In this document: piece after piece, positions 16,916-25,215 of the stretch
Layout: each line of letters begins with the position of its first letter
How positions within the stretch are numbered: position 1 is the stretch's first letter
Source: Patescibacteria group bacterium
Lineage (GTDB): Bacteria; Patescibacteriota; Minisyncoccia; Phycocordibacterales; SBAW01
Reading direction: 5' to 3'
Assembly: GCA_038064795.1 (NCBI GenBank)
Contig: JBBTSH010000006.1
Location: 1-36,465, forward strand
DNA length: 36,465 nt
Notes under the pieces: model-generated
Told to the model about the DNA's origin: nothing
Database searches by the model: none
What the model saw: only the letters and a program-made list of their open reading frames with translations
Made by a program: the position numbers and the translations under genes

Positions 16916-18094
16916 GTGTTGTGTATGTCGTTTTTTTCTCGAAAACCAACGGTACTAACCGACGCTTCGGCCGTGGATGAGCTTTTGGGGCGGGGAGTTG
17001 CTGAGGTTATTGTCAAAGAAAAACTGAAAGAAAAACTGCTCTCTGGCGAGCGGTTGCGCATTAAGTTAGGCATCGACCCAACCTCGCCCGATTTGCACAT
17101 CGGCCGTGCCGTGCCGCTCTTGAAGCTTCGTGATTTTCAAAAACTGGGGCATCAAGCCGTGCTGATTATTGGCGACTTTACTGCCATTATCGGCGACACC
17201 TCCGACAAAGACAGCGAGCGTCCCATGCTTGACGCTGCGGTGATCGAAAAAAATAAAAAAACATATTTTGAGCAAGCGGGTAAAATTTTGGACCTCTCCC
17301 AGACCGAGTTGCGCTATAACAGCGAGTGGCTTGAGCCGCTGACGTATCGGGAAATAGGAGAACATGCAGACCAGTTTAGCGTGGCCGACTTTATCGCGCG
17401 CGATGTCATCAAGCGGCGTCTTGATGCAGGGAAAAGAGTTTCATTGCGCGAAATGATCTACCCTCTGATGCAGGGGTATGACAGCATCGCCGTGAAGGCA
17501 GACGTGGAACTTGGATCAATGGATCAAAAATTCAATTTGCTTGCCGGCAGGACACTGCAGGAAAAGTTCGGCCAGCGCCCGCAAGACATACTTATGACTC
17601 CTCTTATTGAAGGGACCGACGGCCGCAAGATGAGCTCAAGCTGGGGTAATACGATCACGCTCACCGCAGCGCCGGGGGATATGTACGGCAAAGTAATGAG
17701 CATGGCGGACGAGCAGGTGCCTGCCTATTTTGAACTATGCACGCGCGTGCCGGTCGGCGAGGTTGCACAGATTTTGAAAGAGCATCCGAAAGAGGCGAAG
17801 ATGCGCCTCGCGAAAGAAATCGTCTCGCTCTACCATGGCAAAGAGGCGGCAGAAAAAGCGGCGAGCGGTTTTATGAAACCCGATCAAGCGCCGGAAGCGG
17901 TACTTGCCCGCGGCGCAAAATTGCGCGATATTGCCGAACCTGTCGGAGTTTCGATGAGCGAATTGCGGCGGCTGGTAGAGGGCGGCGCAATCGAAGAAGT
18001 TGGAGGAGAAAAAATTTCAAGCATTGATGCAGAACTCAAAAACTCAACACTTAAAATTGGGAAGCACCGGTTTTTGAAAATACTAATCAAATAA
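16916..18094 (+). CDS. tyrS: Tyrosine--tRNA ligase
   Basis: HIGH-type motif PDLHIGRAVPLLKLRDFQ..GH and the ..IGDFTAIIGDTS motif. KMSKS-type KMSSSWGN. C-terminal S4-like domain. The track start at 16916 is GTG, and the first ATG is at 16925. Confidence 0.85.
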   Translation: MLCMSFFSRKPTVLTDASAVDELLGRGVAEVIVKEKLKEKLLSGERLRIKLGIDPTSPDLHIGRAVPLLKLRDFQKLGHQAVLIIGDFTAIIGDTSDKDSERPMLDAAVIEKNKKTYFEQAGKILDLSQTELRYNSEWLEPLTYREIGEHADQFSVADFIARDVIKRRLDAGKRVSLREMIYPLMQGYDSIAVKADVELGSMDQKFNLLAGRTLQEKFGQRPQDILMTPLIEGTDGRKMSSSWGNTITLTAAPGDMYGKVMSMADEQVPAYFELCTRVPVGEVAQILKEHPKEAKMRLAKEIVSLYHGKEAAEKAASGFMKPDQAPEAVLARGAKLRDIAEPVGVSMSELRRLVEGGAIEEVGGEKISSIDAELKNSTLKIGKHRFLKILIK

Positions 18095-18133
18095 AAAATC
18101 CCGCCCTGAGTTTTTAAACCGAGCGGGTTTTTA
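18093..18133. terminator. Bidirectional intrinsic terminator between tyrS and the convergent acidic ORF
   Basis: GC stem cccgc (18100-18104) pairs with gcggg (18123-18127), with an inner guu/aac extension. It is flanked by A6 (18093-18098) and T5 (18128-18132), so either strand reads hairpin plus U-run. Confidence 0.45.
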
Positions 18134-18134
18134 T

Positions 18135-18353
18135 TTATAGTTCTTCTTCGTCCGCTGTCTCTTCCTCTTCTTCTACTTCGTCGGCCCCTTCTTCGAGATC
18201 CTCCTCGGGCTCTTCATCAAGCAGATTCTCATCTAGTTCAAACTCATCGCGCATACGATCAAGCTTAAGCGAATAATAATTTTTAATCAGTCCCAATGCT
18301 TGGTGTTGTACCAAATTACCGCCATGATGCAAGACAGGTAATCCCCACCGCAA
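18135..18353 (-). CDS. Small, extremely acidic protein (hypothetical)
   Basis: The C-terminal 40 aa are about 60% Asp/Glu (DEFELDENLLDEEPEEDLEEGADEVEEEEETADEEEL). The track ORF overlaps the ruvC 3' end. In-frame alternative starts are TTG at 18314 (1 nt after the ruvC stop) and ATG at 18254. It fills an otherwise unexplained 180-nt gap. Confidence 0.4.
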   Translation of the reverse strand: MRWGLPVLHHGGNLVQHQALGLIKNYYSLKLDRMRDEFELDENLLDEEPEEDLEEGADEVEEEEETADEEEL

Positions 18354-18786
18354 TCGCGTCCACCTCGTCGTCGAGGCGTTTTTTGTCGGAAATGCTTACG
18401 AGGCGCTCTATCATAAGCGAAACGGCGGCCTTGTCGCTCTTGCCATAGCCGGTAATCGCCACCTTAACCGCCGCCGGGGTATATTGCATAACCGGCACGT
18501 CATGAAGAGCCGCAATATACGCAAGTACGCCGCGCACCTCGGCGACCTGCATCGCCGTTTTTGCGTTGTTTTTAAAATATACCTCTTCGAGCGCGACCGC
18601 ATCGGGCTGCCACTCGTGCAATAATTTTTCTGCCGCGACACCCAGCTCTTTTAGCCGGTTGGGGAAAGAAAGTTTTGCCGATGTGCGGATACAATCGGAA
18701 AAAAGTAAAATTTCTTTTCCATTCCGCTTTTCAAGCACCGCAACGCCCAACCGCTCGTACCCAGGATCAAATGCAAGGATTTTCAT
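18316..18786 (-). CDS. ruvC: Crossover junction endodeoxyribonuclease RuvC
   Basis: MKILAFDPGYERLGVAVLE (catalytic Asp in the DPG context), a ..EEVYF.. motif (catalytic Glu) and a ..DDEVDAIAVG.. motif, 156 aa. Confidence 0.85.
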   Translation of the reverse strand: MKILAFDPGYERLGVAVLEKRNGKEILLFSDCIRTSAKLSFPNRLKELGVAAEKLLHEWQPDAVALEEVYFKNNAKTAMQVAEVRGVLAYIAALHDVPVMQYTPAAVKVAITGYGKSDKAAVSLMIERLVSISDKKRLDDEVDAIAVGITCLASWR

Positions 18787-19313
18787 GCGGCAGAGGTATA
18801 GACCTCGCTTACGTCATCGTGCTCCTCGAGCGCGAGGCTCAAGTCGGCCATTTTTTGTGCGTCTTCTTGGGAAAGCTCGATAGGGGAGGTCGGCTCGAGT
18901 TTGCCCTCGGCATTTTTGGTAAACGCCCACATCGCGGCGCCCGGCGTCGCCAAAGTCCCGCCGTAGGTACCGAGCAGGTGCTTTAGCTCCTGCGAAGTAC
19001 GGTTGCGCGAGTCGGTGTAACCCTCAATTATCAAAGCACAGCCGCCGGGGCCGTAAGCCTCGTAGGTTACTTGTTCGAGTTCAGCGCCTTGGCCCGAGGC
19101 TCTGTCGAGGGCCCGCTCGATGTTGTCAGCCGGCATGTTGGCAGCCTTGGCTTTGTCGACCGCGGTGCGCACGCCGGGGGCGTTGCGGTCGCCCTTGGCT
19201 TTTTTTGCCTCGATCGTGATAAAGCGCACTAACTTAGAAAACGTCTTCGCCTTTTGCGCGTCAGTTTTGCCCTTAACGTGCTTTAACTTCGCCCATTTAC
19301 TATGCCCGGCCAT
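18783..19313 (-). CDS. YebC/PmpR-family protein, shortened form
   Basis: MAGHSKWAKLKHVKGKTDAQKAKTFSKL.R.I..A and the ..NMPADNIERALDRASG motif are canonical YebC. It is only 176 aa, against roughly 240 aa typically. There is a 4-nt overlap with ruvC. Confidence 0.75.
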   Translation of the reverse strand: MAGHSKWAKLKHVKGKTDAQKAKTFSKLVRFITIEAKKAKGDRNAPGVRTAVDKAKAANMPADNIERALDRASGQGAELEQVTYEAYGPGGCALIIEGYTDSRNRTSQELKHLLGTYGGTLATPGAAMWAFTKNAEGKLEPTSPIELSQEDAQKMADLSLALEEHDDVSEVYTSAA

Positions 19314-19327
19314 ATACGAAGAGTACT

Positions 19328-20359
19328 CTAGAGCAACCGCTCATTCAAATCGCTCGGGGGAGTTTTGCCGACGTGCTCGTACGCTTTACGCGTGGCGACG
19401 CGGCCGCGGGGGGTACGCTCGATAAGCCCGAGCTGCAGCAAAAACGGCTCATGCACTTCGGAAATGGTTGCCGGCTCTTCGGAAAGCGCGGCCGCGAGCG
19501 CATTAACACCAGCGGGACCGCCGTTAAAGCGCTCGATCAACACGGTGAGCAGTTTTCTATCAAGCGGGGTCAACCCTAAGCTATCAACTTCAAGAAGCCC
19601 CAGTGACTCATCGACTATTTTTTTAGAAAGCGGTTCTCGTTTTAACTGTGCGTAGTCGCGCGCGCGTTTCAGCAGGTAGTTTGCGGTGCGCGGGGTGGCG
19701 CGCGCGCGTTTCGCTATCTCTCTAATGCCGTCCGCGTCGATTTTCACTCCGAGGATTTTTGCCGAGCGTTTAATGATCTGCGCGATATCATCCTCGGCAT
19801 AAAACTCGAGCCGGAAGGTTCCGCCTGAAAATCGCGAACGCAGTGGTGCCGAAAGATCGGCAACGCGCGTCGTCGCCGCAACGAGCGTAAACGGCGGCAA
19901 CGGCAGCTCAATGGTACGCGCGCTCGGGCCTTTGCCGATAATAATATTCAACACGCCCGACTCCATGGCGGGGTAAAGCACCTCCTCGATAGCGCGCGAG
20001 AGCCGGTGAATTTCGTCGATAAATAAAATATCACCGCTCCCTAAGTTGGTAAGGAGCGCCGCCAAGTCGCCCACGCGCTCGATCGCGGGGCCCGAGGTGG
20101 AGCGAAGCGATCCGCCAAGTTCACGCGCAATCAAATGCGCAAGCGTGGTCTTGCCTAAGCCCGGCGGTCCATAAAAGAGAATGTGTTCGGGGGGCGCCGA
20201 GCGCTCCTTGGCGGCCGAAATTAAGATATGAAGGTTGTTTTTGATCCCTTCCTGCCCAACATACTCGTCCCATGAGGCGGGGCGCAGGGTTTGGTCTAAA
20301 AATGTCTCACCCACAGAAGGGTTATGATCGGGGGCCTCGGGAGGTACTTCGCTTGACAT
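19328..20359 (-). CDS. ruvB: Holliday junction branch migration helicase RuvB
   Basis: LRP..WDEYVGQE, Walker A GPPGLGKTTLA, Walker B ILFIDEIHRL, and the motifs TTR...LS.PLRSRF and RGTPR.ANYLL.R.RD. Confidence 0.9.
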   Translation of the reverse strand: MSSEVPPEAPDHNPSVGETFLDQTLRPASWDEYVGQEGIKNNLHILISAAKERSAPPEHILFYGPPGLGKTTLAHLIARELGGSLRSTSGPAIERVGDLAALLTNLGSGDILFIDEIHRLSRAIEEVLYPAMESGVLNIIIGKGPSARTIELPLPPFTLVAATTRVADLSAPLRSRFSGGTFRLEFYAEDDIAQIIKRSAKILGVKIDADGIREIAKRARATPRTANYLLKRARDYAQLKREPLSKKIVDESLGLLEVDSLGLTPLDRKLLTVLIERFNGGPAGVNALAAALSEEPATISEVHEPFLLQLGLIERTPRGRVATRKAYEHVGKTPPSDLNERLL

Positions 20360-20366
20360 AAAATCA

Positions 20367-20372
20367 ATAGTA
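20367..20372 (-). promoter_or_regulatory. -10-like hexamer for ruvB (leaderless configuration)
   Basis: The minus strand reads TACTAT + TGATTTT (7 nt) + ATG (20359). It overlaps a plus-strand TAGTAT at 20368-20373. Confidence 0.35.
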
Positions 20373-20376
20373 TGCT

Positions 20377-20659
20377 AGGCTTGCCATTAGCTGCTCCCGC
20401 CTTTGGGGAGCGTTTTTGTTGGGAAGAGTATACCCTCAAGCAATACAACCCTTACCGGTCCGGAGCTTTTCCGAGGACGATCTGGCCTTTTGTTTATTCA
20501 AACTGCCGCGAGGTCTATCCTTAGGTTTTGTCTCCACTTCTTCGCTTGCGAAGTCGCGTATTGCTTGGTGGTATACTCCTTCTAACCCTTCGACTAGCCG
20601 AGGGCAAGCCTCCTTAAACTCTACACTGGGGAAACTGCAACGCAACGTTGCGGTTTTTT
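20377..20659 (+). ncRNA. Candidate structured non-coding RNA of unknown class (strand tentative)
   Basis: Roughly 300 nt with no credible ORF. Long-range complementarity:
- 20377-20385 aggcttgcc pairs with 20603-20611 ggcaagcct (9 bp).
- 20423-20446 pairs with 20558-20582 as a near-continuous ~24-bp helix (one bulge, one mismatch, one G-U).
- Local hairpins lie at 20393-20414, 20458-20478 and 20540-20553.
- A plus-strand hairpin plus T6 lies at 20635-20659.

I found no match by eye to RNase P, tmRNA or SRP signature sequences. Confidence 0.3.
20635..20659 (+). terminator. Intrinsic terminator (strong on the plus strand, weaker on the minus strand)
   Basis: Stem ctgcaacg (20635-20642) pairs with cgttgcgg (20646-20653), 8 bp including one G-U, with loop caa, followed by tttttt (20654-20659). 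On the minus strand the same hairpin follows the pilB-like stop codon but is followed only by UUU. Confidence 0.55.
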
Positions 20660-22353
20660 CAAATCGTGGCGTCCAAATCAACCACGCGTTTGAGTTCATC
20701 GAGCGAGGTGACCCCGCGTAAGACTTTTATGACGCCGTCTTCTTGCATTGATGGGATGCCTTGCGGGCGGGCGGCGGTCATGATCTCGCGCTCGCTTGGT
20801 TTGCTGCGCAAAATTTCTTCGATGTGCGAGTCCATAAATACCGCTTCAAAAATACCGATGCGTCCTTTGTAGCCGCGGCCGCTGCACCCAGCGCATCCTT
20901 CGGGACCGGCATCAAAAATGAGCCGTTCGCCAGCCGGCGAATTCGGGGGCACCAACGTTTTATCAACAATCGTAGCCAAATGTTTTTCGAGTATCACTTT
21001 TTCTTCAGGCGTGGCCGCACGTTGCACGTGGCATTTTTCGCAGAGCTTCCTAACCAAGCGCTGCGCCATGGCACAGTTTACCGCCGAGCTCAATACTTTT
21101 TCGTCAACGCCCAAGTCGATGAGGCGGGGGAAGGACCCCGCCGCGTCATTGGTGTGCAACGTTGAAAAGACAAGGTGCCCCGTGAGCGCCGCGTTGATCG
21201 CGGTCGTGGCTACCTCTCCGTCGCGTATTTCGCCGACCATGATGATGTCGGGGTCTTGTCGCAAGGCCGAGCGCAACCCGAGCGCGAAAGTGTATGTTTT
21301 TTTATCAACCTGGGTTTGCACAATGCCCGGCAAGTGGTACTCGATAGGGTCTTCGATCGTAATTATTTTACTCCCGGGCGAGTTTACTTTGCGCATGAAC
21401 GCATAGAGCGTTGTCGTTTTGCCCGAGCCGGTAGGGCCGGTAGTTAAAATCATACCGTTTGGTCTCGTGATTTCTTTTTCGATCCGCAAGCGCAGTTTTT
21501 CTTCAAGCCCCAATTCTTCGAGCGGTACGCCGATTGATTGCGGATTCAAAATGCGCAGCACCAAGGTCTCGGCATAGTTGCCGGGGAGGATCGAGGTGCG
21601 CAGCTCTATCTCCGTGCCTTTAATTTTTATAGAAAAGCGGCCGTCTTGCGCCTCGCCCTCGATATTGAGTTTAAGTCCTGAAAGCAATTTCAATCGCGAA
21701 AGCATAAGCCGGTAGGTATCGCTGTCGAAGGTTAAGACGTCGGTCAAGACGCCATCCAAGCGGTAGCGCAACCGCACGGCTTTTTCTTCAGGCTCAAAAT
21801 GCACGTCGGAAGCGCCGGTTGCGAGTCCGCCCGCAAGAATAATTTCAAGAATCCGCGTGATACGGTATGCGCGCTTGAGTTGTATTGCCTCCGAAATAAG
21901 CGCGCTAATGTCGGCGAGTCCTTTGACCTTGCGTAACAGCTCTTCAATTTCATCGTTGGATATTTCAAACACGCCGGCTTTCGTTTCGGTGGCGTACGAG
22001 AGGTCGGCATAATGCGCAAACGCGCGCTTCAAACTTTCTTGCGAAGCCATGTACACGGTCACCTCGTAGCCCTGTTCTTGCAATTTTTGCACCAGGGTTT
22101 TTACTTTGGGGTTTTCAGGAGCGCGCACGGCAACGCTCACGCGCTTGCCGACGCGGCCGAAGGCCGCGGCTTCCGCCTCGCGCGCCTCTTTTTCGCCAAG
22201 CAACCGCAGCGCCTCGGTATTGACCGCGACCAAGGTGAGATCCACATACTCAACCCCATATTTTTGCGATAATACTTGCGCCAAATCCTCCTCCTCGCGC
22301 TTGCGCAAGAAGTCGATGCGTTTTTGCTCCTCTTGGTCGTTAAAGACCACCAT
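20659..22353 (-). CDS. GspE/PilB-family type II secretion / type IV pilus assembly ATPase
   Basis: Walker A TGPTGSGKTTTLYA, Asp box, Walker B DPDIIMVGEIRD, His box LVFSTLHTNDA, and a C-terminal tetracysteine CEKC...CAGCSGRGYKGRIG. N-terminal T2SSE_N-like region. No pilC/pilM/pilin partner lies adjacent. Confidence 0.85.
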   Translation of the reverse strand: MVVFNDQEEQKRIDFLRKREEEDLAQVLSQKYGVEYVDLTLVAVNTEALRLLGEKEAREAEAAAFGRVGKRVSVAVRAPENPKVKTLVQKLQEQGYEVTVYMASQESLKRAFAHYADLSYATETKAGVFEISNDEIEELLRKVKGLADISALISEAIQLKRAYRITRILEIILAGGLATGASDVHFEPEEKAVRLRYRLDGVLTDVLTFDSDTYRLMLSRLKLLSGLKLNIEGEAQDGRFSIKIKGTEIELRTSILPGNYAETLVLRILNPQSIGVPLEELGLEEKLRLRIEKEITRPNGMILTTGPTGSGKTTTLYAFMRKVNSPGSKIITIEDPIEYHLPGIVQTQVDKKTYTFALGLRSALRQDPDIIMVGEIRDGEVATTAINAALTGHLVFSTLHTNDAAGSFPRLIDLGVDEKVLSSAVNCAMAQRLVRKLCEKCHVQRAATPEEKVILEKHLATIVDKTLVPPNSPAGERLIFDAGPEGCAGCSGRGYKGRIGIFEAVFMDSHIEEILRSKPSEREIMTAARPQGIPSMQEDGVIKVLRGVTSLDELKRVVDLDATI

Positions 22354-22359
22354 GCCTGT

Positions 22360-22365
22360 ATTCTA
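22360..22365 (-). promoter_or_regulatory. -10-like hexamer for the pilB-like gene (leaderless configuration)
   Basis: The minus strand reads TAGAAT + ACAGGC (6 nt) + ATG (22353). Confidence 0.35.
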
Positions 22366-22379
22366 CATCTTCTTTTGCT

Positions 22380-22859
22380 ATGCTAGTGCTGATGACCCGC
22401 GTCCCGCTTCATGAATTGCCCGAATATGTGCGCACTGTTATCGCATCGCTCGCGTTAAATCGCAACAACACCAAGGCAGTGGTGGTCGCGCTGCGTGGAG
22501 AATTGGGAAGCGGCAAAACTACGTTTGCGCAACAATTCGCGCGGCAGATGGGTGTTACCGACGTCGTGCAAAGTCCGACCTATGTCCTTATGAAAAAATA
22601 CGCGCTGCCTGAGGGGCTCAATGTATTTGGGCAACCGCGGTTTAAAACGTTGATACACATAGACGCATACCGCCTGACGTCCGCGGAGGAGTTTGCCGCA
22701 CTGAAGCCTGAAGAATTTCTGCGCGATCCGTCGGTCATCGTGGTGATCGAATGGCCCGAGCGCGTGAAAGGCGCACTCCCGCGGCCCGACTTGATACTCA
22801 ATTTTTCGTCAGCAGGCACAGCCCCGGAAGAGCGGTATATTGAGATGGTCCATGACTAA
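22380..22859 (+). CDS. tsaE: tRNA threonylcarbamoyladenosine (t6A) biosynthesis protein TsaE
   Basis: GELGSGKTTFAQQFARQMGV....VQSPTYVLMKKY ... HIDAYRL ... VIEWPE is the TsaE/YjeE signature. Confidence 0.8.
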   Translation: MLVLMTRVPLHELPEYVRTVIASLALNRNNTKAVVVALRGELGSGKTTFAQQFARQMGVTDVVQSPTYVLMKKYALPEGLNVFGQPRFKTLIHIDAYRLTSAEEFAALKPEEFLRDPSVIVVIEWPERVKGALPRPDLILNFSSAGTAPEERYIEMVHD

Positions 22860-25215
22860 GACTACAAAACGCCTCGTCATACTCGATACCCACGCGATTT
22901 TGCACCGGGCGTATCATGCGCTGCCGGATTTTAGTTCGAGCAAAGGCAAGCCCACCGGCGCGCTCTACGGCCTTATTTCGATGCTCGTTAAAATAATCAA
23001 CGATTTAAAACCCGACTACATCGCCGCCGCGGTTGACCTGGCGGGGCCGACCTATCGCCACGCCGCGTTTAAAGACTACAAAGGCAAGCGCGTTAAAACC
23101 GAGGACGCGCTCGTCGAGCAGATTAAAGAAACGCCGCGCGTGTTGAAGACGCTCGGCATCCCCGTATATTCGAGCGAAGGGTTCGAGGCCGACGATGTCA
23201 TAGGCACGATCGTCGAGAAGCTAAAGAAAAAAAACAACCTCGAACTTATCATCGCGTCCGGCGACATGGATACGCTGCAGCTTGTTGACGACCAGCGCGT
23301 GCGCGTCTTTACGCTCAAAAAAGGTCTCTCTGACACTATCCTCTACGATGAGCGCGCCGTGTTGGAGCGATTTGGGTTTGGACCGCAAGCCATCCCCGAT
23401 TACAAAGGGTTGCGCGGCGATCCGTCCGACAACATCCCCGGGGTCAAAGGGGTCGGCGACAAAACCGCGACCGCACTCATCACCGCATTTGGGACGATAG
23501 AGGAATTATATACAACGATTGCCAAAGATCCTGAAAAAGTGCTCGCGGCGGGCTGCAAGGAGGGGATGCTGCAAAAAATTAAAGAACAGGAGGAGGAAGC
23601 ACGGTTCAGCAAGATGTTGGCCGAGATTCGCCGTGATGTGCCGGTTGAGTTTGCATTGCCGGACAAACCTTGGGTCGAACACGCACATCCTCACGAGGTG
23701 CTCTCCATGCTTTCGGAGTTTGATTTTCGCTCGCTTATCCCGCGGGTGACGAAACTCTTTGGCACACCGGCGTTGTTTCAGCCGGAGACGAAGGAGCCTT
23801 CCGAGGAGGTGGATGCGCAGGAGTTTGCCGAAGTTTCTTTGGCGGTTTCGGTCTTAGACTCGAACATAGCCGTACCGACGCTTGATGATATGTATTACCT
23901 GGGAAAAAGCAATGAGTTTGGCAAAGCCAAGGAGCATATTTTGAAAGAAATTGAAGATCGGAAGCTACAGTACGTGTACGAAAAAATAGAATTGCCGCTT
24001 ATGCCGGTGTTGCGACGGATGGAAAAGCGCGGGGTACTCATAGACAAAGCGTTTTTGCAAAAACTGTCCGTACAGTATCACCACGAGCTTGAAAAAATAG
24101 GGAAGCGTATCTACAAAGCCGCGGGAGGCGAGTTTAACATCAATTCTCCGAAGCAGCTCGGCGATGTGCTCTTCGACACGTTGCAGCTTGCAACAAAAAA
24201 TCAAAAAAAGACCGCGGGCGGTCAGCGCTCGACCCGCGAGTCCGAACTGGTCAAAATGAAGTCGCTGCACCCTATCATCGACGAAATTCTTGCGCACCGC
24301 GAGTTGCAAAAACTCCTCTCCACGTACATCGACACCCTCCCCACGCTTCTCGACTCGGACGACCGGCTGCACACCACGTTTATCCAAATCGGCGCGGCCA
24401 CCGGGCGGCTTGCCTCTCAAAACCCCAACCTCCAAAATATTCCTATCAAGAGTGAACTCGGTCGCGCGATACGGCACGCTTTTGTTGCAAAACGAGGCTC
24501 GGTGCTCGTGGCGTTCGACTACAGCCAGATAGAGTTGCGTATCGCGGCGTTTCTGTCGGGCGACGAAGCGTTGGCAGAAATTTTTAAACGCGGGCGCGAC
24601 GTGCATACCGAGGTTGCCGCGCGCGTGTTTGGGGTTAAAGAAAGTGCGGTATTGCCCGAGATGCGCCGGAGAGCGAAGGTGATTAACTTCGGCATCCTCT
24701 ATGGCATGGGGGTGAGCTCGCTGCAGCAAGCATTGGGCACGACCCGGGCTGAAGCGCAAAAATTTTATAATGATTATTTTGAGGCATTCCCGCGGCTGGC
24801 TGCATATATCGAGGAGGTAAAAGCGGATGCGGCGCGGCGCGGCTACACCGAGACGCACTTTGGCCGCCGCCGCTACTTTGAAGGCATCAAATCCCCGATA
24901 CCGTACGTACGCGCTTCGGCGGAGCGCATGGCTATCAACGCGCCCCTGCAAGGCACGCAGGCCGACTTGGTGAAGCTCGCCATGATTGAGATCGACGCGC
25001 TGTTTGAAAAAGAGGGGCTTCGGGACAAAGCGCACCTGCTCTTGCAGGTGCATGACGAGTTGGTGTTTGAGATAGAGGAGCCGCTTGTAGAAAAGTTAAG
25101 CCTTAAAATCAAAGAAAAGATGGAGCACATAGTGCCGGACAAAGAAAGAAAAGGCATACCGTTTATCGCCGAAGGCAAGGTAGGCAAAAATTGGGGCGAA
25201 ATGGAAAAAATATGA
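22852..25215 (+). CDS. polA: DNA polymerase I (5' nuclease + polymerase domains; 3'-5' exonuclease region largely missing)
   Basis: 5' nuclease motifs (LVILDTHAILHRAYHA, GFEADDVIGT, GDPSDNIPGVKGVGDKTA). Polymerase motifs A (LVAFDYSQIELRI), B (RRRAKVINFGILYGM) and C (LLQVHDELVFE). Only ~80 aa lie between the 5' nuclease and the polymerase thumb. I place the start at the ATG at 22852, which overlaps the tsaE end. Confidence 0.9.
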   Translation: MTKTTKRLVILDTHAILHRAYHALPDFSSSKGKPTGALYGLISMLVKIINDLKPDYIAAAVDLAGPTYRHAAFKDYKGKRVKTEDALVEQIKETPRVLKTLGIPVYSSEGFEADDVIGTIVEKLKKKNNLELIIASGDMDTLQLVDDQRVRVFTLKKGLSDTILYDERAVLERFGFGPQAIPDYKGLRGDPSDNIPGVKGVGDKTATALITAFGTIEELYTTIAKDPEKVLAAGCKEGMLQKIKEQEEEARFSKMLAEIRRDVPVEFALPDKPWVEHAHPHEVLSMLSEFDFRSLIPRVTKLFGTPALFQPETKEPSEEVDAQEFAEVSLAVSVLDSNIAVPTLDDMYYLGKSNEFGKAKEHILKEIEDRKLQYVYEKIELPLMPVLRRMEKRGVLIDKAFLQKLSVQYHHELEKIGKRIYKAAGGEFNINSPKQLGDVLFDTLQLATKNQKKTAGGQRSTRESELVKMKSLHPIIDEILAHRELQKLLSTYIDTLPTLLDSDDRLHTTFIQIGAATGRLASQNPNLQNIPIKSELGRAIRHAFVAKRGSVLVAFDYSQIELRIAAFLSGDEALAEIFKRGRDVHTEVAARVFGVKESAVLPEMRRRAKVINFGILYGMGVSSLQQALGTTRAEAQKFYNDYFEAFPRLAAYIEEVKADAARRGYTETHFGRRRYFEGIKSPIPYVRASAERMAINAPLQGTQADLVKLAMIEIDALFEKEGLRDKAHLLLQVHDELVFEIEEPLVEKLSLKIKEKMEHIVPDKERKGIPFIAEGKVGKNWGEMEKI

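Noticed and set aside
20360-20660. The structured intergenic region as RNase P RNA, tmRNA or SRP RNA
   Set aside because: On neither strand do I find the ordered RNase P P4 strands (GGAAAGUCC upstream of ACAGAA.CGGCUUA). The only look-alikes, GGAAAAGCUCCGG and ACAAAACC on the minus strand, are in the wrong order. There are no tRNA-like 5'/3' ends or T-loop for tmRNA. The SRP domain IV motif GGUCCGGAAGGAAGCAGC is absent. A covariance-model scan is still needed.
23965-25053. 362-aa minus-strand ORF inside polA; similar long antisense ORFs at 25163-25735, 28796-29437, 34935-35546 and 8843-9472
   Set aside because: All lie antisense to genes with unambiguous family motifs. All have Arg/His/Leu/Pro-rich shadow composition and no independent start signals.
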